Of a stretch of 64,000 bases of DNA, positions 1 to 8,141 are shown in pieces. Under the pieces are notes generated by a model. That model was not told where the DNA came from. It saw only the letters and a list, made by a program, of their open reading frames with translations, and did no database searches. The stretch lies in the IMG/VR virus record IMGVR_UViG_2513237176_000002, one strand, 5' to 3'. Each line of letters starts with the position of its first letter. Positions within the stretch are counted from its first letter, which is position 1. Made by a program: the position numbers and the translations under genes. The DNA is from a virus (Duplodnaviria > Caudoviricetes).

Positions 1-9
1 TCCGGCCTG

Positions 10-1656
10 GTGTTCCTAGCGAACCCGCTTATCGGCGCGGTGCTGCTGATGTCGGCGGCGATCACCACGAACATTCGTGCCACGAAGGTCGACGCCGAGT
101 ACGCGAAACGCGGTGAACTGCCCCCGACGGCCCGCCTGGTCGACGCCTGGCTGAACCGGCAGAAAGCCGCCGGGAAGGCACCGGAATCGGCGAAGGTGCG
201 CCCGTACGGGTCGCTGGCGTACGCCCGGCAGCGGTGGCTGGCGATGTGGGAAGACCTGGGGGAGAAGCACCGCGAGCAGCGCGCCGCCCACAAGAAGCAG
301 CTTGCGGAGGCGAAGAAGAACGGCACCCCGCCGCCGAGCAAGCCGTCGTTGACGGAACAACTGGGCGGTTGGAAGTGGTCGATTCCCGGTCTGACCCGCC
401 GGGACGAGCCCGGCAGTCCGCCGCCTTCCGCCGCGAGCGCTGACCCGGAGCCGGCTGTCGCCGACGGGCCGGTCAGCACCTGCGACGAATGCGGCGTCCA
501 GCTGCCCGACGGTGGCTGGAAACACCCGCCCGGCTCGACCTGCCCGAAAGCCGCAAAACCGTCTGGCTCCTCCGACAGCAACACTGCCGCTCCGGCCGCG
601 CCGGAGGATCCGCTGCTGCGGTTCCTGTCGGATGCGCAGGAAGCGGCACGCCGCAACCCGATGCCCTTCGACCGGTGCCCGCGCTGCGGCACGACTGCCA
701 CGATCACCCCGTCGGGCTGGTGCGAAAAGTGCACCATGCAGGTCCCGCACGGCATGTGCGAGCACTGCCAGGGCGTGGTCCGCCTCGACGGCACAGTGTG
801 GCGGCACGGCGCCCACTGGCCGTGCCGGCACACCCGTCCCGCGGCCGGCGACACCATTGCCTGCACCAACTGCCGCACCCGGATCCCGGTGCACCCGGCG
901 ATCGCTGACATGGGGGCGTCAGTGCGATGCCAGCACTGTGGCGCCCAGGTCGCCGCCCGCCCACCCAGGCCCGCCTCTGCCCTGCAGCGCTGTCCTCGGT
1001 GCAGCAAATGCGACGGCCCGACCGTCCCGTCGATGAACCAGCTGCGCGGCGGCTTCTGCCCGCGCTGCGACACCACCGATCTGCCGGCCGGCAGTGAACG
1101 TCACGGCAAATGCGACCGCTGTGGGCTGCCCGGCCGGCTTGTCGTCGCCCGCAAACGCAGCACGGAACTGCTCCACGACGCCAACGGGTCAACGATTTGC
1201 CCCTACGAGACGCCGCAGCTACGCGAACTGCGCCGCACCGATCCGGGCACGGCCCGCATCTACGACGAGATCGTCGCCAAGCACCTTCGCAACACCCCGG
1301 CCGTCGACACGCAGCAGACGGCCAAGACGCCCGTACCAGCCCGAGAAGAGGGAGCATCCATGCCCGAGCATTCCGGTGAAGTCACCGGCATCCCGTCCGC
1401 CGTCCACTACCTGCAGCAGATGGCCGCCGCGCACCGGCAGCACGCCGACAACGAGGCGATGATCGCCACCCTCGCGGGTTTCCACGTCGGTGCCACCGAC
1501 CTGGCGCTGGTGCAGCAGGCCATTGCCGCCAGCAACAACGCGGCGGACCTGTACGCCGACGCCGCCACGACGATCGACGACGGTAACGCCGCGGTTCGGC
1601 AGGGCTACGCGTCCGCGCCGGACGCCGCCGACAAGCACGCCCAGATGGCGGAGTGA
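10..1656 (+). CDS. Membrane-anchored multi-zinc-ribbon protein with a C-terminal ~98-aa helical domain (5' end probably outside window)
   Basis: Frame is open from position 1. Hydrophobic N-terminal segment, at least 9 CxxC motifs, C-terminus paralogous to the next ORF. Internal RBS GAGGGAG and ATG at 1360. Confidence 0.75.
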   Translation: MFLANPLIGAVLLMSAAITTNIRATKVDAEYAKRGELPPTARLVDAWLNRQKAAGKAPESAKVRPYGSLAYARQRWLAMWEDLGEKHREQRAAHKKQLAEAKKNGTPPPSKPSLTEQLGGWKWSIPGLTRRDEPGSPPPSAASADPEPAVADGPVSTCDECGVQLPDGGWKHPPGSTCPKAAKPSGSSDSNTAAPAAPEDPLLRFLSDAQEAARRNPMPFDRCPRCGTTATITPSGWCEKCTMQVPHGMCEHCQGVVRLDGTVWRHGAHWPCRHTRPAAGDTIACTNCRTRIPVHPAIADMGASVRCQHCGAQVAARPPRPASALQRCPRCSKCDGPTVPSMNQLRGGFCPRCDTTDLPAGSERHGKCDRCGLPGRLVVARKRSTELLHDANGSTICPYETPQLRELRRTDPGTARIYDEIVAKHLRNTPAVDTQQTAKTPVPAREEGASMPEHSGEVTGIPSAVHYLQQMAAAHRQHADNEAMIATLAGFHVGATDLALVQQAIAASNNAADLYADAATTIDDGNAAVRQGYASAPDAADKHAQMAE

Positions 1657-2000
1657 ACGCCGTGACCGAGGAGAACACCGTGACCGTTCAGCAGTCCGCT
1701 GCGGGCGCCCGGCCCGCCAGTGAGATCACCGGGATCCGCTCTGCGGTGACCCGCATGGAGCAGATCGCCGCGCAGCATCAGACGCTCGGCTCTGGCGAAG
1801 GGTTCATCGGTTCCCTGAGCCGCATGGAGGTCGGCGACGACCACCAGCAGAAGGTCCGGGACGCGCAGGAAGCGTCCGGTGCCGCCGGCGCCGCCTGGGC
1901 GGAGGCGGCGGCACAGATTGCCGCGCACAACCTGCCCCTGCACGAGGCGTACCTGAACAACCCGAACGCGGCGAACAAGCACGCCAACACCAACGAGTAA
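1653..2000 (+). CDS. Small helical transfer-region protein (TraA-like or WXG100-sized)
   Basis: GTGA overlap with the upstream gene. EITGIRSAV...AANKHA matches EVTGIPSAV...AADKHA of the upstream ORF. Confidence 0.75.
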   Translation: MNAVTEENTVTVQQSAAGARPASEITGIRSAVTRMEQIAAQHQTLGSGEGFIGSLSRMEVGDDHQQKVRDAQEASGAAGAAWAEAAAQIAAHNLPLHEAYLNNPNAANKHANTNE

Positions 2001-2007
2001 CCAGGTT

Positions 2008-2032
2008 GGCCCCGCCCACCATGGGCGGGGCC
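2008..2032 (+). terminator. GC-rich hairpin (attenuator or stabiliser) before the translocase gene
   Basis: GGCCCCGCCCA-cca-TGGGCGGGGCC, 11-bp perfect stem. Confidence 0.55.
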
Positions 2033-2058
2033 CCGAGATCTGAGGAACGGAGGCAGCG

Positions 2059-4149
2059 ATGCCGACCCAGCAGAAACCGCAGCAGCCGGCCCGGCAGGCT
2101 GCCCCGCTCACCACCCGCGAGAAGATCGAACGTGCCCGGCTGCACGCGCAGACGGCACGCCGCCACGCGCAGACCGCGCACAGGTACACGGCCGGGGTGC
2201 AGAAGCAGGTCGCCCCGTTTGCCGGCATGGGCCTGCTCGTGCTCGCCGCGACGGCCCTGCACGCGGCGAAGGACGCCACCGCCGCCGACGCGGAGATCCT
2301 CGGCGGCACGGCCGCCGCCTGTGTGGTCATCGCCGTGGTCGCCGCACACCAGATGCGCCGGCGCCTCGACGACCGCAAGAGCCTGCACCGCGGCCTGGCG
2401 TTCGTCACCACCTGCGGGGTGTGGCTGATCACTACCACCGCCATCGGCGTGTCCTGGAACGCGGTCGGGTTGCTCGCCGCCATTGGCACCGCTCTTTCCC
2501 TGCACTACCTGCGCAAGGTGCGGATTCCCAACCGCGGCCCGGTGATGCCTGCCCCGCTGCCGGACCCGCTGAAGCCCGGCGTCAACCGGTACGTGGCCCG
2601 CTGGGACGAATACATCGGTTGCCCCGGCGGACAACTGCCCGGCTCGAAATTGGAGTCGCCGGAGCAGGTGAAAGCCGGGTGGCGGTTCGCGCTGCGGCTG
2701 GTCCCCGGCAAGCAGTCCATCGCCGCGCTCATGTCGGCGATGGTGCTGATCCGCGGCGGCCTCGGCCTGACCGTCGAGCAGGACGTCATCGCCGAACGCC
2801 ACCCTGTTCTTGAGGAACCCGCCGTCCAGCTGACCGTGGTCACGAAGCCGCAGGTCCGCGACGACCAGGAATGGCCGGGCCCGCAGACGTTCCGGGACGG
2901 CTACGTCGACATGGGCCCGTTCATCGACGGTGAGGGCCACGCCCGGTGGAAGGTGTACACCAAGGACCGCATGGTCGGCGGTTACATCCAGGGCGGTGCC
3001 GGCGCCGGTAAGTCCCGCCTCATCGAGTCGATCGTGATGCCTATCGCCGACTCGCAGACCCATCCGACGGTGGTGTGGTACGGCGACGGGCAGGGTGGTT
3101 CGTCGTCGCCGACACTGATGCGCTGCGCCGATTTCTCGGCACGCACCCACGAGCAGATCAAGCAGATGTTTGCGTGCGCCATGTTGATCGTCGAGCTGCG
3201 CCAGGACGAAAACAGCGTGGAGGACGACCCGGACGAGGACGGCGAGTACGACGACACGATCGGGTTCGAACCCACCGCTGACCGACCTGGACTGCTACTC
3301 ATCCTGGATGAGTGCCACAAACCCATGTCGAAGATCGAGAACGCTGAAGACTGGGTGGTCATCCAGTACATGGCGATGACCGTGGCCCGCGAAGGACAGA
3401 AGGTTGGTGTCCAAGCGATCCTCGCGTCCCAGGAGTCCACGCTCGGCGCGTTCGGTGGGGCCGGCAACAACGCGGAGATGCTGCGTTCCAACCTGCTCAT
3501 GGGCAACGGTGTGATGATGCGGTCGAAGGACGCGAACGCCCGCCAGGTGTTCAAGGTCGACGACGATCCGTCGCAGTTCCCGGTGATGCCCGGCTACGCC
3601 CTGCTCATCGACCCAGAGGAAGGTGCCCGCACCGCCCCGTTCCGGGCCTACTTCCTCACCGACCGGCTCCGCAAAGAATGGCCGTCGAAGATCCGATGGC
3701 GGTCGCTGCCCGACGGCGACGCCAATACCGCCGGGATGGCCTATCTGATGCGGCACCAGCTCGCGGAGATGGCGAAGGAGGAAACCCGCCGCCGGATCAA
3801 AGAGCGCCGGGAAGGCCGCGGCATGACCAACCCCCTCGACCGGATCTTCGCGGCGGCGAAGGGTGGCGACGGCGCCGAACAGGTCACGCCGATCGAGGCG
3901 GAGCAGGTGGCGTCATTCCCGGTATGGAACCCGGTCACCGAGCAGGTCCAGGCGCGGCAGATGCATGACAGTCACCGCAAGGTGCTGGACGCGCTGAAGG
4001 TTGGCATCTGCTCGCCGAAGCCGATCGCGGAAGCCACCGGCATTGGGCAGCGGCAGGTCCACAACCTGCTGGACGAGTTGATGGACGAGTTCGGCCGGGT
4101 GGAACGTGACGGGCACGGCAAGTACCGGCTGGTGTCCACCGATGCGTGA
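2059..4149 (+). CDS. traB: TraB-like FtsK/SpoIIIE conjugative DNA translocase
   Basis: About 4 N-terminal TM helices, Walker A GGAGAGKS, Walker B LLILDECH, AREGQKVGV/ASQ motifs, C-terminal wHTH (SPKPIAEATGIGQRQVHNLL). RBS GGAGG. Confidence 0.85.
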   Translation: MPTQQKPQQPARQAAPLTTREKIERARLHAQTARRHAQTAHRYTAGVQKQVAPFAGMGLLVLAATALHAAKDATAADAEILGGTAAACVVIAVVAAHQMRRRLDDRKSLHRGLAFVTTCGVWLITTTAIGVSWNAVGLLAAIGTALSLHYLRKVRIPNRGPVMPAPLPDPLKPGVNRYVARWDEYIGCPGGQLPGSKLESPEQVKAGWRFALRLVPGKQSIAALMSAMVLIRGGLGLTVEQDVIAERHPVLEEPAVQLTVVTKPQVRDDQEWPGPQTFRDGYVDMGPFIDGEGHARWKVYTKDRMVGGYIQGGAGAGKSRLIESIVMPIADSQTHPTVVWYGDGQGGSSSPTLMRCADFSARTHEQIKQMFACAMLIVELRQDENSVEDDPDEDGEYDDTIGFEPTADRPGLLLILDECHKPMSKIENAEDWVVIQYMAMTVAREGQKVGVQAILASQESTLGAFGGAGNNAEMLRSNLLMGNGVMMRSKDANARQVFKVDDDPSQFPVMPGYALLIDPEEGARTAPFRAYFLTDRLRKEWPSKIRWRSLPDGDANTAGMAYLMRHQLAEMAKEETRRRIKERREGRGMTNPLDRIFAAAKGGDGAEQVTPIEAEQVASFPVWNPVTEQVQARQMHDSHRKVLDALKVGICSPKPIAEATGIGQRQVHNLLDELMDEFGRVERDGHGKYRLVSTDA

Positions 4150-4150
4150 G

Positions 4151-4402
4151 CTAGTCCTTGATCTCGCGGGCCAAGTAGACGATCCCGGACCGTTCGGGTT
4201 CCTCGGTGGAGATCTCGTACTGGTACACGTCGACAAGCATGAGGATGCGGCAGTTCCGTTTCTCGAAGAAGCCCACCTTGCGATCAATGAACTTGTCCCA
4301 CACCTCGACTCGCACACCTGGCCGCGGTTCGAACGGCAGCTTGATGCTGTCGAGCAGCACCTTCTGGTGGTTGTCGGCGTCGATGAACTTCACCGTGACC
4401 AT
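4151..4402 (-). CDS. Hypothetical protein (inserted opposite to the operon)
   Basis: 83-aa ORF with protein-like composition filling the gap between traB and the hydrolase. Confidence 0.55.
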   Translation of the reverse strand: MVTVKFIDADNHQKVLLDSIKLPFEPRPGVRVEVWDKFIDRKVGFFEKRNCRILMLVDVYQYEISTEEPERSGIVYLAREIKD

Positions 4403-4458
4403 GCGCGCAGTGTAAGCACACTTGCACGCTGCGGCGAACCTGAAGGGGTGAGCGCGCA

Positions 4459-5274
4459 GTGATGGGGAAGTCGCATGCTCTGTCCGGCGCCGTCGGTTGG
4501 CTCGCCGGCAGCGCCGCGCTGACCGTAGCCGGGGTGTCCCTCGACCCGGCCACCGTGCTGTTCGGTGCCGCGATCTCCACCGGGTTCGCCCTCGCGCCGG
4601 ACGTTGACCATCCGCAGTCCACGATCGCGCACACCCTCGGCTGGGCCACCCGCGGTCTCGCCACCGGAGTCAGCCGCAGCGCCGCCGCCCTGCGCACCGC
4701 GTCCTGCGCGCACTGCTCCACCGTCCCCGACCGGGGCGGGCACCGGGCTGTCACGCACACTGCTGCCGGTGCCGCGTTCGCCGGCTTGGTCGCCGCGAAC
4801 CTGTGCCTGTGGGTCGGCCGGGGTGCCGCCCTGTGGGTCATCGCGATCGCCGTGTGGCTGGCCGCCCACTCCGCGCTGTCGTCGAGGACGCGGGCGCGGA
4901 TCGGTGACATGATCCTGCCCGGCCGGTTCCGGCGTCTCGGCAAAGGAGCCCACCGCCTCGCCGCCGCTGTCGGGGCGGTGATGGTGGCCGGGCTGGTCGC
5001 CGCGATGGCGAACAGCGCGCTTCCCGCTGACGGCCTGTGGTGGATCGGCCTCGCCGTGTTCTGGGGCTGGCTCGCCCATATCCTCGGCGACGGCCTCACG
5101 TTCTCGGCAGTCCCGCTGTGGTGGCCGATCCCGATCCGGGGCTGCCGGTGGACGAACGTCGGCACCCCGAGGTGGATGCGATTCCGCACCGGCTCCCGCA
5201 CCGAAACCGGTGTGGTGTGGCTGATGCTGCTCATCGGTGCCGGCTCGATCGCACTGCTCGGGAGCGCCTGGTGA
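4459..5274 (+). CDS. Membrane-bound metal-dependent hydrolase (YdjM-like)
   Basis: GKSHA, PDVDHP, HRAVTH and HILGDGLT motifs; multiple TM helices. Confidence 0.85.
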   Translation: MMGKSHALSGAVGWLAGSAALTVAGVSLDPATVLFGAAISTGFALAPDVDHPQSTIAHTLGWATRGLATGVSRSAAALRTASCAHCSTVPDRGGHRAVTHTAAGAAFAGLVAANLCLWVGRGAALWVIAIAVWLAAHSALSSRTRARIGDMILPGRFRRLGKGAHRLAAAVGAVMVAGLVAAMANSALPADGLWWIGLAVFWGWLAHILGDGLTFSAVPLWWPIPIRGCRWTNVGTPRWMRFRTGSRTETGVVWLMLLIGAGSIALLGSAW

Positions 5275-5558
5275 CCCGGACGCCCGATGACCATCCGGCC
5301 TGGTGCCTACGTGACGAGGTCGACGCGATCCTGCCCCGGCACCGTTCGGCGATTGTGCGGGTCGGCAGTGCCCGGCCCGGTGTGCTGTCCGATCGGGTTC
5401 AGGTCACCGTCCGGTTGACCGCGACCGCTCACGGCCCGGCCTGGGTGTCCGTGAACTGCGCCCACATGACCGGGGTGACCGTGGATATCAGCCTCGCCGA
5501 TGCGGCGGCGCTGAGGGACGGACTGACTCGGCTTCTCCAGGCCGCCGAGCACAAGTAG
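5271..5558 (+). CDS. Hypothetical protein (HPAWC motif)
   Basis: GTGA overlap; HPAWC...HRS pattern of small actinobacterial element proteins. Confidence 0.6.
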   Translation: MTRTPDDHPAWCLRDEVDAILPRHRSAIVRVGSARPGVLSDRVQVTVRLTATAHGPAWVSVNCAHMTGVTVDISLADAAALRDGLTRLLQAAEHK

Positions 5559-5587
5559 CTGTATGACTGATCGGTGAGGGCGGTCAG

Positions 5588-5944
5588 ATGAAAACCCTTT
5601 TCAATGTCATGTTTCGTCATGGGAGGTCTGGCCGCAGCATCACCCGCTATATCAGTCCAGGTGAGTTGCCGGAAGCGGGTGAGCGAGTCGAACTGAAGGA
5701 CTCGGCAAATGACCCCTGTGTGATCGCTGGGGTGGTGGCGGCTCGCCATTGGTTCGTCAATATCGGCGTTGATAACACGGCGGAAGTTGTGGTGCTGGTT
5801 GACGTCGATATTGACGAACGCAAAGAGAGCCCCACCTCGTGGCCGCCTAGTAAGGCGGTGACACGAGGTGGGGCTCTTGTGCGTCGGGTGGCGGCAAATG
5901 TGACTTCGCCAGGGCATGCCACCCGACACGATCTTGGAGAGTAG
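5588..5944 (+). CDS. Hypothetical protein
   Basis: Lower-GC ORF; its 3' part runs through the terminator hairpin. Confidence 0.4.
   Translation: MKTLFNVMFRHGRSGRSITRYISPGELPEAGERVELKDSANDPCVIAGVVAARHWFVNIGVDNTAEVVVLVDVDIDERKESPTSWPPSKAVTRGGALVRRVAANVTSPGHATRHDLGE
5826..5877. terminator. Long hairpin between convergent units
   Basis: AGAGCCCCACCTCGTG...CACGAGGTGGGGCTCT 16-bp arms plus an inner stem. Confidence 0.75.
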
Positions 5945-5954
5945 GACAGGCGCG

Positions 5955-6317
5955 CTACCTGACGGTGGCGCGGCGGTCCTTCACGCCGGAGTTGATCGCG
6001 GCGCGTTGCACGGCGGTGTCGCGGAGCAAGCCGAAGTAGACCGCGACGGCGATGCCGAAGTTCACGGCGATGCCGTAGCCGACCTGCCACGCGTCGAACG
6101 ACTCCCCGGTCTGGGTGGCGCCGAGCGCGGCCTCGAGGAACGCCTTCACCGCGGACAACGCCAGGAGGACGAGGCCTTTGGTGAACGCCGACCAGGACGA
6201 CTTCATGAGCAGGCCGGCGAGCAGCGGCAGGATCACCGTCAGCGCGAGGGAAAGCAGCCCGGCGGGGGAGGCCTCGAACAGGTAGGTGGGCAGGGTGGGG
6301 AAGACGATCGAGTCCAT
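5955..6317 (-). CDS. Holin-like membrane protein
   Basis: 120 aa, 3 TM helices, basic C-terminus, RBS AGGAG. Confidence 0.6.
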   Translation of the reverse strand: MDSIVFPTLPTYLFEASPAGLLSLALTVILPLLAGLLMKSSWSAFTKGLVLLALSAVKAFLEAALGATQTGESFDAWQVGYGIAVNFGIAVAVYFGLLRDTAVQRAAINSGVKDRRATVR

Positions 6318-6345
6318 GGGTGTCTCCTGCGGGGTGAGGGTGTGC

Positions 6346-6367
6346 GGAACTACAGGCCTGTAGTTCC
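6346..6367. promoter_or_regulatory. Perfect 22-bp palindrome
   Basis: GGAACTACAGGCCTGTAGTTCC between divergent genes. Confidence 0.55.
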
Positions 6368-6412
6368 TGGTCAGGGGGTGCGCCCGCAGGGTGGCGGGCT
6401 TAGCGTCGATGG

Positions 6413-6619
6413 ATGGCCGAGCGGATCATCGGGGCGATGCGGACAGCCGACGGCTACTGGCGGGTTGAGGTCGTCAAAGAGGGCCGCGGTCAGTGGTTCC
6501 GGGTGTGGCACGGCGCGACCGTGGTCCATGACAGAGCCGGGATCAGCACGGTGCAGCGGATCCTGGGCGACACTTTCGACACGCTCCAGCCTGTGGAGAT
6601 CGAGTCCGGCGCGGCCTGA
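6413..6619 (+). CDS. Hypothetical protein
   Basis: 68-aa ORF with plausible codon usage. Confidence 0.6.
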   Translation: MAERIIGAMRTADGYWRVEVVKEGRGQWFRVWHGATVVHDRAGISTVQRILGDTFDTLQPVEIESGAA

Positions 6620-6684
6620 CCGCATGCCTCTGGGCGAGCATCGAAACGGGCCGCCTAGCAGCCACGTTGATCAATTCGCCGTGA

Positions 6685-6834
6685 GATAATCAAGGGGCAC
6701 AAAAGGCGAGCCCGGACGCGGAGCTACCAACTCCGGCCGGGCTCTTGATCGCCGCTAGGAGGCGACCCACGATGCACCCTATTCTGCCATGCCCTGAGAA
6801 CGTCTGTGCGATCAACGGGCAGGTGTTCGCATGA
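6685..6834 (+). promoter_or_regulatory. Structured 5' leader and 20-aa leader peptide (6772-6834) coupled to the initiator gene
   Basis: GATAAT, then hairpin GAGCCCGG..CGGAG-CTACCAA-CTCCG..CCGGGCTC, then an SD-containing hairpin TCGCC-GCTAGGA-GGCGA, then MHPILPCPENVCAINGQVFA* with ATGA overlap. Confidence 0.55.
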
Positions 6835-7649
6835 AGGTAATCCGCGTCATGCCCGACGAGGGATGGGTGCCGGTCGCCAATGCCGCCGCCCGAGACCACC
6901 GTCTGAGTTGGCGCGCGCGGGGCCTGCTGCTTGAACTGCTCTCGTACCCCGACGGCTGGGAGACCAGTGTTGACAAGCTGGTAGCGCAGGCACGCCGCGA
7001 AGGATCGGCCAGTGAAGGCCGACTCGCCATGCGTACCGCCATGAAAGAACTCGCCGACCTCGGATACGTCACCTACCGGCGCGGCCACGACGAGCACGGC
7101 AGGTGGACGACGGAGATGGTCGTCAGCGATGTACCCGGCAGCCCCGAAGCCTCGGACCGACGTACCAAAAACCGGAACGTCGGAATTCCGGAACCTCGGC
7201 TGCCCGGAACGTCGGAGAACCAGACGTCGGAGGATTGGTCCGTTACTAATAAGACGTACACGGACACGGTCACGAATACGGATCTTCAAAGAGGTTCCAA
7301 CGAACATTCCACGTCGCTCGCTTCGCTCGCTGCCGCCGCTGACGCGGCGACGCGAATGAACGACCAGAAGCCGACGTTGGACGAGACGTATGCACTCGTC
7401 GACCGCATGCCGAAAGAGGTGCTGGCGAAAGCTTTGCTCGACCTCGAACGCCGCCGGGCAAGGATCTACCGAGAGGCGCGACGAGGAGCGATCGGCCAGT
7501 TCAAGCGGGAAAGTCCCGGAGTCTTCCGGGAAGGAAACTCATATGCGCGAGTCGACAACCTCAGCTACAAGTACGCCGTGCAGCACTACTTCCCGGACCT
7601 GCCGACGTGGATGGAGAAACCGCTCGGCTTGTTGCCGGTGAGGGGTTGA
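6831..7649 (+). CDS. Second replication-initiator-like wHTH protein
   Basis: W-x-P-V-x-N...DHRLSWRARGLLLELLSYPDGW N-terminus typical of phage initiators; internal repeats and AT-rich patch. Confidence 0.7.
   Translation: MKVIRVMPDEGWVPVANAAARDHRLSWRARGLLLELLSYPDGWETSVDKLVAQARREGSASEGRLAMRTAMKELADLGYVTYRRGHDEHGRWTTEMVVSDVPGSPEASDRRTKNRNVGIPEPRLPGTSENQTSEDWSVTNKTYTDTVTNTDLQRGSNEHSTSLASLAAAADAATRMNDQKPTLDETYALVDRMPKEVLAKALLDLERRRARIYREARRGAIGQFKRESPGVFREGNSYARVDNLSYKYAVQHYFPDLPTWMEKPLGLLPVRG
7172..7252. repeat. Iteron-like direct repeats (16-bp period) and AT-rich patch; putative origin
   Basis: CCGGAACGTCGGA (7172), CCGGAACCTCGGC (7188), CCGGAACGTCGGA (7204), CCAGACGTCGGA (7220), then GTTACTAATAA. 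Confidence 0.6.
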
Positions 7650-7683
7650 AGTTCAAAGGGGCACCGACGGCTAACCTGCGGTC

Positions 7684-7923
7684 ATGAGCGTGGAGCGCAT
7701 CGCCCTCGAACGGCTCGGCCCCGTCACCTGGGATCGGTGTTGGCGGCGCGGCACGGCGGAGATCCGGCTCGGCCAGGCCGAGGATGGGCGCTGGGTGGCC
7801 TGGCATTCGGAGAAACCGGAGGCCCGACTGTACGGGGACCCGCGCAGCGCGTGCGAGCTGATCGACGGCTGGATGCTGCGCGGCGAACCATGGACTGAGG
7901 TGGCCGCTACCGTCGAAGCGTGA
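7684..7923 (+). CDS. Hypothetical protein
   Basis: 79-aa Trp-rich ORF coupled to the next gene. Confidence 0.6.
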   Translation: MSVERIALERLGPVTWDRCWRRGTAEIRLGQAEDGRWVAWHSEKPEARLYGDPRSACELIDGWMLRGEPWTEVAATVEA

Positions 7924-8141
7924 ACAGCCCGCAGGTCACCGTGTCGCCGGCGCACAACCGGGGGCAGCCCAGCATGCGCGGCGTCACCACCGGGCTGATC
8001 GCGGACGCGTACTGGCTCGGCGAGAACGTTGCAGACGAGTACGGGCTCCGCCGGCACGAGCTCCTAGTCGCGCTGTGGTTTGAGGCTTCGCAGGGCCAGC
8101 AGCGGTTCCGGCAGAATGAGCCCCGGCTATGGCCGATGTAG
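7920..8141 (+). CDS. DUF433-like HTH protein, possibly C-terminally truncated
   Basis: VTVSPAHNRGQPSMRG...VADEYGL pattern; overlaps the convergent membrane gene. Confidence 0.5.
   Translation: MNSPQVTVSPAHNRGQPSMRGVTTGLIADAYWLGENVADEYGLRRHELLVALWFEASQGQQRFRQNEPRLWPM

Noticed and set aside
1360-4149. Complete type VII secretion system
   Set aside because: Only one ATPase domain plus a wHTH, no W-x-G motif, and no EccB, EccD or MycP homologues in the window.
6346-6367. Protelomerase target site
   Set aside because: Short for such a site, and no protelomerase gene was recognised.
4150-6830. TraB recognition locus (clustered 8-bp direct repeats)
   Set aside because: No convincing cluster found by eye. 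It may lie outside the window or need a k-mer scan.
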